DNA of 64,000 nucleotides from positions 604 through 64,603 of the forward strand of contig JAICHO010000002.1 in assembly GCA_025924835.1 (NCBI GenBank), given 5' to 3'. Origin of the DNA: Candidatus Saccharimonadota bacterium. Lineage in GTDB: Bacteria; Patescibacteriota; Saccharimonadia; Saccharimonadales; JAICHO01. Every line of letters begins with the position of its first letter. Position 1 is the stretch's first letter. A program made the translations under genes and the position numbers. Below, piece by piece: positions 45,771 through 55,541 of this stretch. The notes below the pieces were generated by a model. It was not told where the DNA came from and did not search any database. It was given only the letters and a program-made list of their open reading frames with translations.

Positions 45771-46532
45771 ATGGGATTTTACGGCCTAGAAGCAGTACAT
45801 GAATTAAGCTTTATAAAAGTTGACCCGCGACGATTAACTAAGCAACAAGCTAGGCAAGTGGCCATCCTGCTCAGGCATTCTTTTATAATTGACTTCCCTA
45901 GACGCTCGGATACTGGAATTAATACAGCGGTAGGTCGTCGTGAAGCTCACAGAAGTACTATTGGAAATATAGTTCCTGGAGGCGCAGAAGGTACTAAGCA
46001 GCGTTACGCAAGACCTACAGCTATCCTTGCCTACAATCAGCAAGGGGAACTTAAGGCGTATCTTGATGCAGCTGATAATAGTTCAAGCAGGGTTGAATCA
46101 AAATACCCCAAACTTGAAATTGCTGCCAAGCTTCACTGGAAACGTTACTTAGATTCACGTTTTCACGCTTATGGCATGGTGGCTTTAGGGTCTGGCATGC
46201 GGCCCACTCCATCCAAATCATTTAAGCACGATACCGTGAATGTGCTGGACGTTATGGGTTTCATATCAGCGGAAGGTAAACCCGATGATCAGTCAGTATC
46301 TGCCTACAGTTGGACCGGTGAAGACTGGTTGGAATATACACTTGCGAGCTGGGGACTTCAAAATGCTGCCGACGATTATGTGCTTAAAGATGAATTTGGA
46401 GATGGTGACCCCGTTAAGCAAAGGCCATGGCGGCTAAGAAATGGGTTGCACATAGTCCGTGAAGAAATACTAAATAAAGAAGGTGCTCCTTTTGCATTGG
46501 AGCATGCCTTTATTAGTGCTGGTTTGGCTTAA
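45771..46532 (+). CDS. Hypothetical protein (orphan)
   Basis: 253-aa ORF with TGgTAAAAT 6 nt upstream of the ATG. No motif recognised. Confidence 0.45.
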   Translation: MGFYGLEAVHELSFIKVDPRRLTKQQARQVAILLRHSFIIDFPRRSDTGINTAVGRREAHRSTIGNIVPGGAEGTKQRYARPTAILAYNQQGELKAYLDAADNSSSRVESKYPKLEIAAKLHWKRYLDSRFHAYGMVALGSGMRPTPSKSFKHDTVNVLDVMGFISAEGKPDDQSVSAYSWTGEDWLEYTLASWGLQNAADDYVLKDEFGDGDPVKQRPWRLRNGLHIVREEILNKEGAPFALEHAFISAGLA

Positions 46533-46808
46533 ATTAAGGTACGTTGTTCGGGCTTGTGTTTAACACAATTTTGTCTGTTTTATACTTTCTTCTTGACTCA
46601 CAACTTACTACTCTGTATTCTATAAGGTAAGAAGTAGTGTATGTTGGGCGTGCTGAGCGAATATTCTGAAAGCACCAAATACTCCCAAGAATAGTAATCT
46701 TCGCGCGAAAGATAAAATTCAACAACTTATTAATTATTTTCAGAACTACATCATTTAGGCTCTTTACTATTTGATGTACTGTTCGGAGAAACGGGAGATG
46801 TGCAGTAC

Positions 46809-49800
46809 ATGGCTAAAGCTTCAGCAACTAAGAACGCCAAACAAACAAGAACTTATTATACAACCAGCGATGACGCTCTTGATCTTCCAAACCTGGTAGA
46901 CCATCAAAACCGGTCTTTCCAGTGGTTTATTGAAGAAGGTCTGGGTGAATTATTGGCAGAGATTAGCCCAATTGATGATTATACAGGTACCAAACTGACA
47001 TTGCGGTTCAAAGATTATCGCTTTGAAAACCCAAAAATGAGCGAAGCAGATGCCCGGGAAAATAACGTATCATACGAGGCGCCGCTAAAAGCGACCGTAG
47101 AGCTGACTAACAAGGTTACCGGCGAAGTAAAAGACCAAGAGATTTATCTTGGTGACTATCCTTGGATGACCACCCGAGGTACGTTTGTGATTAATGGTGC
47201 TGAACGCGTAGTCGTGTCTCAGCTGATTCGTTCTGCCGGTGTGTTCTTTACATCTGAAGCCCAAGGCACACAGAGTAAATATGGAGCCAAGGTTATACCT
47301 GGCCGCGGCGCTTGGCTTGAGTTTGAAACGGCAGCCAATGGTGCGCTCTATGTCAAAATTGACCGCAAGCGCAAGCTGGCCGTCACAACCCTTTTGCGAG
47401 CCCTGGGGATGACAGAGGCACAGATGAAAGATGCATTCAAGCATGTTGACTCCGGAAAAACCAGCTATATTGAAGCCACGGTTGAGAAAGACCCCACCCG
47501 GGGTACAAACGAGGCACTTATTGAGGTGTACCGCCGCTTACGTCCTGGTGATTTGGCTACCGTTGACAATGCGCGTGGCCTTATTGAAAACATGTTTTAT
47601 AACTTCAAGCGTTTTGACTTTAGCCGCGTCGGCCGATACAAAATTAACAAACGCTTAAACTTGGATGTTGCTAATACCATTGAAAATCGGGTTATGCGGC
47701 TTGAAGATTTAGTGGCTATAATTGCAGAAATTATTCGTCTTAATAATACGCAGGAACCTGCCGACGATATTGATAGTTTAGCCAACCGACGCGTCAAACT
47801 GGTCGGCGAACTTGTACAACGGCAGTTCCGGATCGGATTGTTGCGTATGGAGCGCAATACGAAGGACCGTATGAGCATGAGCGAGATTGAGACAGTCACA
47901 CCGGGCCAGCTTATTAATGCCCGTCCTATTGTTGCGGCAGTGCGTGAATTCTTTGCCAGCTCACAGTTATCACAGTTTATGGATCAGATTAATCCTTTAT
48001 CAGAGCTGGCGCATAAGCGCCGTTTAAGCTCTATGGGGCCGGGTGGTTTATCGCGCGAACGTGCCGGTTTTGAGGTCCGTGATGCTCATGCAACGCATTA
48101 CGGCCGTATTTGTGCCGTGGAAACACCGGAAGGCGCCAATATAGGTTTAGTTCTGAATTTGGCTAGTTATGCCCGCATTAATGATTACGGTTTCATAGAA
48201 ACTCCATACCGCAAAGTTATTAATGCCGTTACGGCAAAAGACGCGACCGGCTACATTGCCGGAGCTGACTTAGAAGACGCGGCCGGTAAGGTTATCGTTA
48301 AAGCTGGGACCAAGATTACCGCTGAAGCCGCTAAAAAACTAGCCGCCGTCAAAGATCAAATTACCTGGCCAGTCAAAGCCAAGGTTACTACTGAAGTGGT
48401 ATACCTGGATGCAAACGAAGAAGAGAGCGCCGTTATAGCCAGTGCCGGCGAAGAAACAGACGCTGACGGTTATTTTGTCAGCGAACGCGTCAGTGCCCGC
48501 AAACAACTAAAGGCAGGTGAAATTGATGCTGATGAAGTAACACATATGGACGCCTCACGAAAACAAATTATTGGCTCATCAGCCGGCCTGATTCCTTTTA
48601 TTGAGAAAAACTATGTCTATCGATCGCTCATGGGTAGTAACCAGCAGCGTCAGGCTGTACCTTTGGTACGCCCGCAGGCGCCTATCATCGGTACCGGCAT
48701 GGAAGCCCCGGCAGCGCGTAACACCGGACAATTGATTGTAGCCGAAGCAGACGGTGTAATCACTAAGGCAACCGCTGACGAAGTCGTAGTTAAATACGCC
48801 GAGGGAACAAAAACCTATCAGCCACTGCACTTCGTGAGAAGCAACGAAGGCACCAGTATCAACCAGAAAGTAGTGGTGAGTACTGGCGATACTGTTAAGA
48901 TAGGAGACTCATTGATTGAGGGGATGTCTATTTCGGGTGGAGAGTTAGCACTAGGCAAGGATCTGGTGGTCGCATTTATGCCATGGGCAGGATATAACTT
49001 TGAAGATGCCATCATTATCAGCCGAAAGCTTGTCTCTGACGACACCCTGACATCAATCCACATCGTTGACTATATGGTGGAAGTCCGTGAGACCAAGCTC
49101 GGTCCGGAAATTGTTACCCGCGATATCCCGAACGTATCGGAAGATGCGTTACGTCACCTTGATGAAGAAGGTATTGTGCGCATCGGCGCCGAGGTTCACC
49201 CCGGTGACATTCTGGTAGGGAAAATCACACCGAAAGGCGAGCAAGAATTATCGTCGGAGGAGCGGTTGCTGCGGGCTATTTTTGGCGAAAAAGCCAAGGA
49301 AGTACGTGACACGTCGCAGCGCATGAGTAACGGCAAGCACGGTAAAGTGGTTGGCGTAAAGGTGTTCAGTCGAGCTAACGGCCATGAGCTAAAAGCCGGT
49401 GTTTTGATGCAAATCCAGGTTTTTGTGGCCCAAATGCGCAAAATCGCCGTCGGTGATAAATTGGGTGGCCGTCATGGTAACAAAGGTGTTATTGCCAGGA
49501 TTTTGCCCATTGAGGACATGCCATTTATGGCGGACGGAACACCGGTTGATATCATACTTAATCCTCTTGGAGTGCCCTCACGTATGAACATTGGGCAGTT
49601 GTTCGAAACCCACCTTGGCATGGCTGCTCGGGCGCTCGGCCTTCATATAGCCAGCCCTGCTTTTGACGGTGTGAGCCCGGAGAAAATTCGTGAACTGCTT
49701 AAGCAAGCCGGTTTCCCGGAAGATGGTAAGCAGCAGTTATTTGATGGGCGTACCGGCGAAGCCTTCAAGGAAGAAACCACGGTAGGCAGCATGTATATGA

Positions 49801-50396
49801 TCAAGCTGAACCACATGATTGCTGACAAAATTCATGCCCGTTCAACCGGACCGTACACTATGGTCACGCAGCAACCACTGGGCGGCAAAGCCCAGAACGG
49901 TGGCCAGCGTTTCGGCGAGATGGAAGTCTGGGCTCTGGAGGCATATGGTGCCAGCAATACATTGCAGGAAATGCTGACAATAAAGTCAGACGACGTCTAC
50001 GGCCGCTCTAAAGCCTATGAAGCGATCATTAAAGGCACTGAAATTGTCGGGCCAAAGATCCCGGAGAGCTTTAACGTACTTGTCAAGGAACTCCAAGGTC
50101 TGGGTCTAAAGATTGACCTGGTCACGTCTAACCAACTGATTGACGCCGAGGAGGTTTTGGCAGATAACATTAAAGACGAAGCCGCGCATCTGTCGGAACT
50201 GGATGTTCCGACCCCTGTCGCATCACCGGTTGATGTCACGGAGGATATTATGGGAGACGAGTTTGTGGTGATGGAGCTTGATGACGATATCCCCGCTACA
50301 ACAGTTGTGACAATTGATCCAGATGACGGTGACGACTCGGCATTAGTGACTGCGGATGACAATGACGATAATGAACAGAAAGAGGAGGAGGTGTAG
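46809..50396 (+). CDS. rpoB: DNA-directed RNA polymerase beta subunit with an acidic C-terminal tail
   Basis: About 1195 aa with conserved beta motifs (FMDQINPLSELAHKRRLS, GDKLGGRHGNKGV, NPLGVPSRMNIGQ). ATG 46809 is preferred over the track's GTG 46800. Confidence 0.95.
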   Translation: MAKASATKNAKQTRTYYTTSDDALDLPNLVDHQNRSFQWFIEEGLGELLAEISPIDDYTGTKLTLRFKDYRFENPKMSEADARENNVSYEAPLKATVELTNKVTGEVKDQEIYLGDYPWMTTRGTFVINGAERVVVSQLIRSAGVFFTSEAQGTQSKYGAKVIPGRGAWLEFETAANGALYVKIDRKRKLAVTTLLRALGMTEAQMKDAFKHVDSGKTSYIEATVEKDPTRGTNEALIEVYRRLRPGDLATVDNARGLIENMFYNFKRFDFSRVGRYKINKRLNLDVANTIENRVMRLEDLVAIIAEIIRLNNTQEPADDIDSLANRRVKLVGELVQRQFRIGLLRMERNTKDRMSMSEIETVTPGQLINARPIVAAVREFFASSQLSQFMDQINPLSELAHKRRLSSMGPGGLSRERAGFEVRDAHATHYGRICAVETPEGANIGLVLNLASYARINDYGFIETPYRKVINAVTAKDATGYIAGADLEDAAGKVIVKAGTKITAEAAKKLAAVKDQITWPVKAKVTTEVVYLDANEEESAVIASAGEETDADGYFVSERVSARKQLKAGEIDADEVTHMDASRKQIIGSSAGLIPFIEKNYVYRSLMGSNQQRQAVPLVRPQAPIIGTGMEAPAARNTGQLIVAEADGVITKATADEVVVKYAEGTKTYQPLHFVRSNEGTSINQKVVVSTGDTVKIGDSLIEGMSISGGELALGKDLVVAFMPWAGYNFEDAIIISRKLVSDDTLTSIHIVDYMVEVRETKLGPEIVTRDIPNVSEDALRHLDEEGIVRIGAEVHPGDILVGKITPKGEQELSSEERLLRAIFGEKAKEVRDTSQRMSNGKHGKVVGVKVFSRANGHELKAGVLMQIQVFVAQMRKIAVGDKLGGRHGNKGVIARILPIEDMPFMADGTPVDIILNPLGVPSRMNIGQLFETHLGMAARALGLHIASPAFDGVSPEKIRELLKQAGFPEDGKQQLFDGRTGEAFKEETTVGSMYMIKLNHMIADKIHARSTGPYTMVTQQPLGGKAQNGGQRFGEMEVWALEAYGASNTLQEMLTIKSDDVYGRSKAYEAIIKGTEIVGPKIPESFNVLVKELQGLGLKIDLVTSNQLIDAEEVLADNIKDEAAHLSELDVPTPVASPVDVTEDIMGDEFVVMELDDDIPATTVVTIDPDDGDDSALVTADDNDDNEQKEEEV

Positions 50397-50397
50397 C

Positions 50398-53300
50398 ATG
50401 AAGCGTTACTCATCCAGCACTGATATTGCAGATTTTGACGCCGTTCGTTTAGCGGTTGCCAGCCCAGACGACATATTGGAATGGAGCTACGGTGAGGTTA
50501 CCAAGCCGGAAACCATAAACTATCGTACGCAAAAACCGGAGCGAGACGGGCTGTTCTGTGAGCGAATATTTGGACCTGTTAAAGACATTAACCCGCATGA
50601 CGCCAAATACAAGGGAGTTAGATCGCGTGAAGCGGCTATTGATAAAAACGGTGAAATTGTCACTAAGTCAATTGTTCGCCGTGAGCGCATGGGCCACATT
50701 AATTTAGCCAGCCCGGTTGCCCATATTTGGTTCTTGCGCGGCACGCCCAGCGCCATTGGTTTATTGCTGGGGATGACCGTAAAAAGCCTGGAGCGTGTCG
50801 CTTACTTTGCCAGCTACATTATCAAATCAGTTGATAAAGTTAAGCGCGACCAGCTACTAGCGGACAAGGAAGCCGAATTTGCCGCCGCCAAAGAAGCCAT
50901 TAAACTGCGCTATGAAAAAGAAGCACAAGACCCCAAAGCCAACGTAAAAGCGCTTGCCGAGGCACAGACCAAGGAACTTGAGGAAGTGAGCGAAGAGTTT
51001 GAACTGCTAAAAACACAGGTTAACAGCCTTGAAAAGCTTAATTTGATCAGTGAAACCGATTACCGTATGTTGCCTGACGGTTTACGTGAACTGGTTACGG
51101 TTGGAATGGGCGGTTCGTCTCTTAAAGACATGTTGCTGGAAGTTAATCTGGAAGAACTTATTGCCACACTAAATAAAGAAGCCGAAGAAGCCAAAGGCCA
51201 GCGGAAAAAGAAAATCATGAAGCGGCTCCGATTACTGGAAAGTATGCACCGGGCGGGTATTAAGCCCAGCAGCATGTGCGTCTCGGTTTTGCCTGTTATT
51301 CCTCCAGACCTGCGACCGATGGTTCAGCTGACAGGCGGTAGGTTTGCCACCTCCGATTTGAATGATTTGTATCGCCGCGTGATTAACCGTAATAATCGTC
51401 TAAAGAAGCTTATTGAGCTAAACGCTCCAGAGGTCATTCGCCGCAATGAACAGCGCATGCTTCAGGAAGCCGTAGACGCTCTTATTGATAACAACAATGC
51501 CCGTTCCGGACGCGCCGTAGCCGCAACAGGCCAACGCCGCCGTTTGAAATCCTTGAGCGACATGTTAAAAGGCAAACAAGGCCGTTTCCGTCAGAACTTG
51601 CTTGGTAAACGCGTGGATTATTCCGGCCGTTCAGTAATTGTGTCGGGACCGGAACTTAAAATATTCCAGTGCGGTTTGCCAAAAATGATGGCTTTGGAAT
51701 TATTTAAGCCGTTTGTGATCGGCTGGTTGATTGCCAATGAACACGCTCATAACATCCGGAGCGCGACACGCATGATTGAAACCGGCGAAACGGCTGTTTG
51801 GGATGCGCTTGATGAAGTCATCAAGGGTAAATACGTGCTTCTTAACAGAGCGCCGTCACTTCATAGGCTGTCTATCCAGGCTTTCCAACCCGTACTTATT
51901 GAAGGTCGCGCGATTCAGTTGCACCCGCTTGTGTGTAAAGGGTTTAATGCCGACTTTGACGGTGACCAAATGGCCGTACATTTGCCATTGTCCAATGCCG
52001 CGCAGAAAGAAGCCCGCGAAATCATGGCCAGCAACAAGAACCTTCTTAAGCCAGCCGACGGTTCGCCAATTTTACACATTGAACAGGATATCGTACTCGG
52101 GTGCTATTACCTGACGTACGAACGTGCTGATAACAAACAAGCCTCCAAATCTTTCATTAGCGTTGAAGAAGCGATCATGGCGCACGATGCCGGCCTCATT
52201 GGGCTGCAAGCTTACGTCCGTGTCCCCTTCCGCGGTGAGATCCGTCAGACTACATTGGGGCGGTTGCTATTTAACGAAATATTCCCCGAAGACTTTCCAT
52301 TCCAAGACGAAGCCATGACCAAAAAGAAACTGGCAGCCGTTATGGCACTCGTTTACCGTAAATACGGTCAGGATAGAACAGCCGAAATCGCTGACGACCT
52401 TAAGGATATTGGTTTTGAATACGCAACCAAATCAGGTCTTAGTATGGGTATGGGCGACTTTGCCGAAGTCACTGGCATGGAAAAAGTTCTGGCTGACGGT
52501 GAAGTACATGCCGCTGCTATTAGTGAACAGTACGAAGAAGGATTTATCACCGAAGATGAACGATATCGTTTGACGGTTGAGAATTGGACCAAGATTGACA
52601 CCCATGTACAGGAGCTTTTGGCCAAACAAATGGAGAACCATGAATCCTCCATGGCCATCGCGATTACATCGGGTGCACGTGGTAATATTTCGCAGATGAA
52701 AATGTCCGTCGGCATGCTTGGAGTATTTTCTGATGCTACCGGGCGGGCTATTGAGCTGCCTATTAAGTCAGGTTACGTTAAGGGCTTGACACCGCTTGAG
52801 TACTTTACCGGTACACGTGGTACGCGTAAGGCATTGATTGACATCGCGCTCAAGACGGCTGACGCCGGCTATCTAACCCGACGCTTGGTTGATGTCGGCC
52901 AGGATGTGTTTACTATTGACGACGACGAAACTGATCCAGGATTCGCGTTACTGCGGTCTGATGCCAAAGAAATCGGCGTCACGTATGCGTCACGCTTAGA
53001 AGGACGCTACCTTGCAACAGACTTAAAAGGTTATGCCAAAGTCGGTGAACAGCTCACCAAAGATATCGCCGTAAAGATTGAGGCCGACGACGCTGTTGAC
53101 GGGGTACGCATTATGAGCGCGCTTTCGTGCACGAGCGTCCGTGGTGTACCACAAAAATCGTATGGCACCGATCCTGCTACTGGAAATTTGGTGGAACCGC
53201 ATCATCCGATTGGTGTTATCGCGGCTCAAAGTATTGGTGAGCCAGGCACGCAGCTGAGCCTTGACTCTAAGCACCGTTCCGGTGCAGTTGTAGCTGATGA

Positions 53301-54192
53301 TACGGCTCAAGGCTTAAGCCGTGTTGAAGAGCTCTTTGAAGTCCGTACGCCGAAAGGGCAGGCATATTTGTCAGACATCGCCGGTACCGCTACCGTATGG
53401 GAAGAAAACGACCATTATGTGATTCAGGTGACGGCCAGTGATAAAGAAAAGCTGGAGTTACCGTTAAATGGTCGCAAAGCACATATTGCCAGTGGCAGCG
53501 AAGTTGCGACGGGCGACGTATTAGCCGCTCAGGAAGATCACTCAGAGCCGCTTATCGCACCGATGGCCGGAAAAGCGGAAATAACTAAAACATCTATTGT
53601 CATTGTCCCGAGCAGCAAGAGTCTGCTTCGCTACGAAATCCCCGGCTTTAAGCAGTTACAAGTGAAAGACGGCGACGTAATTGTTGCCGGTCAGCGATTA
53701 ACTAATGGTTCTATCAATTTGCATGAACTCATGCGTTTGCAGGGTGTAGAAGCGACGCAACGCTACATCATGAATGAGATCCTGCGTATTTTTGCAGGCC
53801 AAGGACAAAACATTGCCGACAAGCATCTTGAGCTAATTGTCCGTCAGATGTTCAGCCGGGTGCAAATAGAAGATGCCGGTGACAGTGACTTTGTAACCGG
53901 TGATATTGTGAGTAAGCTTGCTGTTGCCGATGCCAATGAAAACCTGGTTGCCGATAATAAACAGCCGGCTAAAGTTACCCAGCTCCTTCTCGGTATCACT
54001 AAAGCCAGCCTGTCTACTGATTCGTTCCTGAGCGCCGCCTCATTCCAGGACACAACCCGCGTCTTAATCGCTGCCGCGACCAGTGGTAAAGTAGACAAGC
54101 TCTATGGTCTTAAAGAAAATGTCATTTTGGGACGACCAATTCCTGTCGGCACGGGTTATAATGCCGGTTCCCATTTTGACGAGATTGTTTAG
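50398..54192 (+). CDS. rpoC: DNA-directed RNA polymerase beta' subunit
   Basis: NADFDGDQM catalytic motif plus bridge-helix and trigger-loop regions. ATG 50398 is preceded by GAGGAGGAGG, and the track's 50356 start lies inside rpoB. Confidence 0.95.
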   Translation: MKRYSSSTDIADFDAVRLAVASPDDILEWSYGEVTKPETINYRTQKPERDGLFCERIFGPVKDINPHDAKYKGVRSREAAIDKNGEIVTKSIVRRERMGHINLASPVAHIWFLRGTPSAIGLLLGMTVKSLERVAYFASYIIKSVDKVKRDQLLADKEAEFAAAKEAIKLRYEKEAQDPKANVKALAEAQTKELEEVSEEFELLKTQVNSLEKLNLISETDYRMLPDGLRELVTVGMGGSSLKDMLLEVNLEELIATLNKEAEEAKGQRKKKIMKRLRLLESMHRAGIKPSSMCVSVLPVIPPDLRPMVQLTGGRFATSDLNDLYRRVINRNNRLKKLIELNAPEVIRRNEQRMLQEAVDALIDNNNARSGRAVAATGQRRRLKSLSDMLKGKQGRFRQNLLGKRVDYSGRSVIVSGPELKIFQCGLPKMMALELFKPFVIGWLIANEHAHNIRSATRMIETGETAVWDALDEVIKGKYVLLNRAPSLHRLSIQAFQPVLIEGRAIQLHPLVCKGFNADFDGDQMAVHLPLSNAAQKEAREIMASNKNLLKPADGSPILHIEQDIVLGCYYLTYERADNKQASKSFISVEEAIMAHDAGLIGLQAYVRVPFRGEIRQTTLGRLLFNEIFPEDFPFQDEAMTKKKLAAVMALVYRKYGQDRTAEIADDLKDIGFEYATKSGLSMGMGDFAEVTGMEKVLADGEVHAAAISEQYEEGFITEDERYRLTVENWTKIDTHVQELLAKQMENHESSMAIAITSGARGNISQMKMSVGMLGVFSDATGRAIELPIKSGYVKGLTPLEYFTGTRGTRKALIDIALKTADAGYLTRRLVDVGQDVFTIDDDETDPGFALLRSDAKEIGVTYASRLEGRYLATDLKGYAKVGEQLTKDIAVKIEADDAVDGVRIMSALSCTSVRGVPQKSYGTDPATGNLVEPHHPIGVIAAQSIGEPGTQLSLDSKHRSGAVVADDTAQGLSRVEELFEVRTPKGQAYLSDIAGTATVWEENDHYVIQVTASDKEKLELPLNGRKAHIASGSEVATGDVLAAQEDHSEPLIAPMAGKAEITKTSIVIVPSSKSLLRYEIPGFKQLQVKDGDVIVAGQRLTNGSINLHELMRLQGVEATQRYIMNEILRIFAGQGQNIADKHLELIVRQMFSRVQIEDAGDSDFVTGDIVSKLAVADANENLVADNKQPAKVTQLLLGITKASLSTDSFLSAASFQDTTRVLIAAATSGKVDKLYGLKENVILGRPIPVGTGYNAGSHFDEIV

Positions 54193-54218
54193 GCGTTGCA
54201 GCGATTGCGCTGAACGAA

Positions 54219-54233
54219 TAAATCTGTTAAAGT
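54219..54233 (+). promoter_or_regulatory. Extended -10 promoter TGtTAAAGT for the rpsL operon (about 100-nt leader)
   Basis: TAAATCTGTTAAAGT is identical to the tig promoter motif. TTGCGC lies 17 nt upstream of the hexamer. Confidence 0.5.
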
Positions 54234-54339
54234 TTTTACATCAAACTAAGTGTTCCGAGCCGGTGATGATAGGATTCAGCAGAGTTGGCACTTACTGGAC
54301 CTTCACCGCAGCAGCAGAGCACACAATTAAGGAGTACCG

Positions 54340-54753
54340 ATGCCAACGATCAATCAGCTAGTTCGAAAGCCGCGCACTAAGGTGACGACTAAATCCAAAT
54401 CACCCGCGCTGCAACGCGTTGTCAATAACCTAAAGACACGTAACTATGAAAAGCCGGCGCCCTTTAAGCGTGGCGTGTGTGTTAAGGTCACGACTAAAAC
54501 ACCAAAAAAACCGAACTCCGCTTTGCGTAAAGTAGCTCGTGTCCGTCTGCAAAACGGTTATGAAGTCTGGGCTTACATTGGCGGAGAAGGCCACAATCTG
54601 CAGGAGCATGCTGTTGTCATGATCCGTGGCGGTCGCGTGCCTGATCTGCCAGGTGTGCGTTACCACGTTGTGCGTGGTACGCTTGACCTCCAGGGTGTTA
54701 GTAACCGCAAGAATGGCCGCAGCAAATACGGCAGCAAAAGGGAGAGCAAGTAA
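54340..54753 (+). CDS. rpsL: 30S ribosomal protein S12
   Basis: [12 protein letters not shown]... and [21 protein letters not shown] upstream. Confidence 0.97.
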   Translation: MPTINQLVRKPRTKVTTKSKSPALQRVVNNLKTRNYEKPAPFKRGVCVKVTTKTPKKPNSALRKVARVRLQNGYEVWAYIGGEGHNLQEHAVVMIRGGRVPDLPGVRYHVVRGTLDLQGVSNRKNGRSKYGSKRESK

Positions 54754-55232
54754 TGCCACGTAAAGTTACTAAATCACTTGTACGTGTTATTCCACCAGAC
54801 CGTATTTACAATAGCGTGGCGGTACAACGACTTATAAATCGTGTCATGCTGAATGGCAAGAAACAGATTGCTGAACGCTTAGTTTATAACGGTATGCAAA
54901 AGGCAGCGGATAAACTAAAGGTTCAAAACCCGCTGGAAGTTTTTGAGCAGGCAATGAAAAACACTCAACCACATATGGAAACACGTTCACGTCGTGTAGG
55001 TGGCGCGAACTATCAAATACCATTTGAGGTAAAGGGTCAGCGCCAGAATCACCTAACTATGATGTGGTTTGTGGCTGCCGCCAGGTCGCGCAAAGGCATG
55101 AGCATGGAAGACCGGTTGGCTTTGGAGTTAATTGATGCCTACAACAACACGGGTACCGCCGTTAAGAAAAAAGAAGATACGCACAAAATGGCAGAAGCTA
55201 ACCGGGCCTTTGCCCACTTCGCCAGGTTCTAA
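54753..55232 (+). CDS. rpsG: 30S ribosomal protein S7
   Basis: MPRKVTK..., PDRIYNS, and SRRVGGANYQIP. Confidence 0.97.
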   Translation: MPRKVTKSLVRVIPPDRIYNSVAVQRLINRVMLNGKKQIAERLVYNGMQKAADKLKVQNPLEVFEQAMKNTQPHMETRSRRVGGANYQIPFEVKGQRQNHLTMMWFVAAARSRKGMSMEDRLALELIDAYNNTGTAVKKKEDTHKMAEANRAFAHFARF

Positions 55233-55236
55233 TAAA

Positions 55237-55524
55237 ATGGAAACTCGCCAACACGTAAGATCCATTAATGCTAGCCGAACAGATATCACACCTAGCTGGT
55301 ATTTGGATGAAGCGTCACGAGATGAAAGTGGACAAGTCAATATACTAAGGCTAAGTAAAATAGTAGATGCATTTCGTAACGGCAATATAAGGTTGGATTC
55401 TGCTGCTGCCGAACAACTTTTAGCCGCAGAAATGATAACTGCCAGCCTAATCAAAAATGGTGACACAACTTGGGGGCAATACCGCGAGATCTTGATGCAA
55501 GTCAGCGAGCCGGTTAATCAATAA
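55237..55524 (+). CDS. Hypothetical 95-aa protein inserted between rpsG and fusA
   Basis: ATG 55237 lies 4 nt after the rpsG stop. The track ORF (55132) extends back into rpsG in another frame. No motif recognised. Confidence 0.45.
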   Translation: METRQHVRSINASRTDITPSWYLDEASRDESGQVNILRLSKIVDAFRNGNIRLDSAAAEQLLAAEMITASLIKNGDTTWGQYREILMQVSEPVNQ

Positions 55525-55541
55525 TATAAACTGAGGTAATT

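Noticed and set aside
46534-46725. 63-aa minus-strand ORF in the spacer upstream of rpoB
   Set aside because: It is an AT-rich chance ORF with no -10 box or SD at its start and an implausible composition. The region is reported as non-coding leader instead.
50015-50413. 132-aa Ser-rich antisense ORF across the rpoB/rpoC junction
   Set aside because: It is the mirror image of the GAx-rich codons encoding the acidic RpoB tail. There is no independent support.
54104-54361. 85-aa ORF spanning the rpoC end and the rpsL leader
   Set aside because: It starts inside rpoC in another frame and runs through the rpsL SD and start. It is better explained as untranslated leader.
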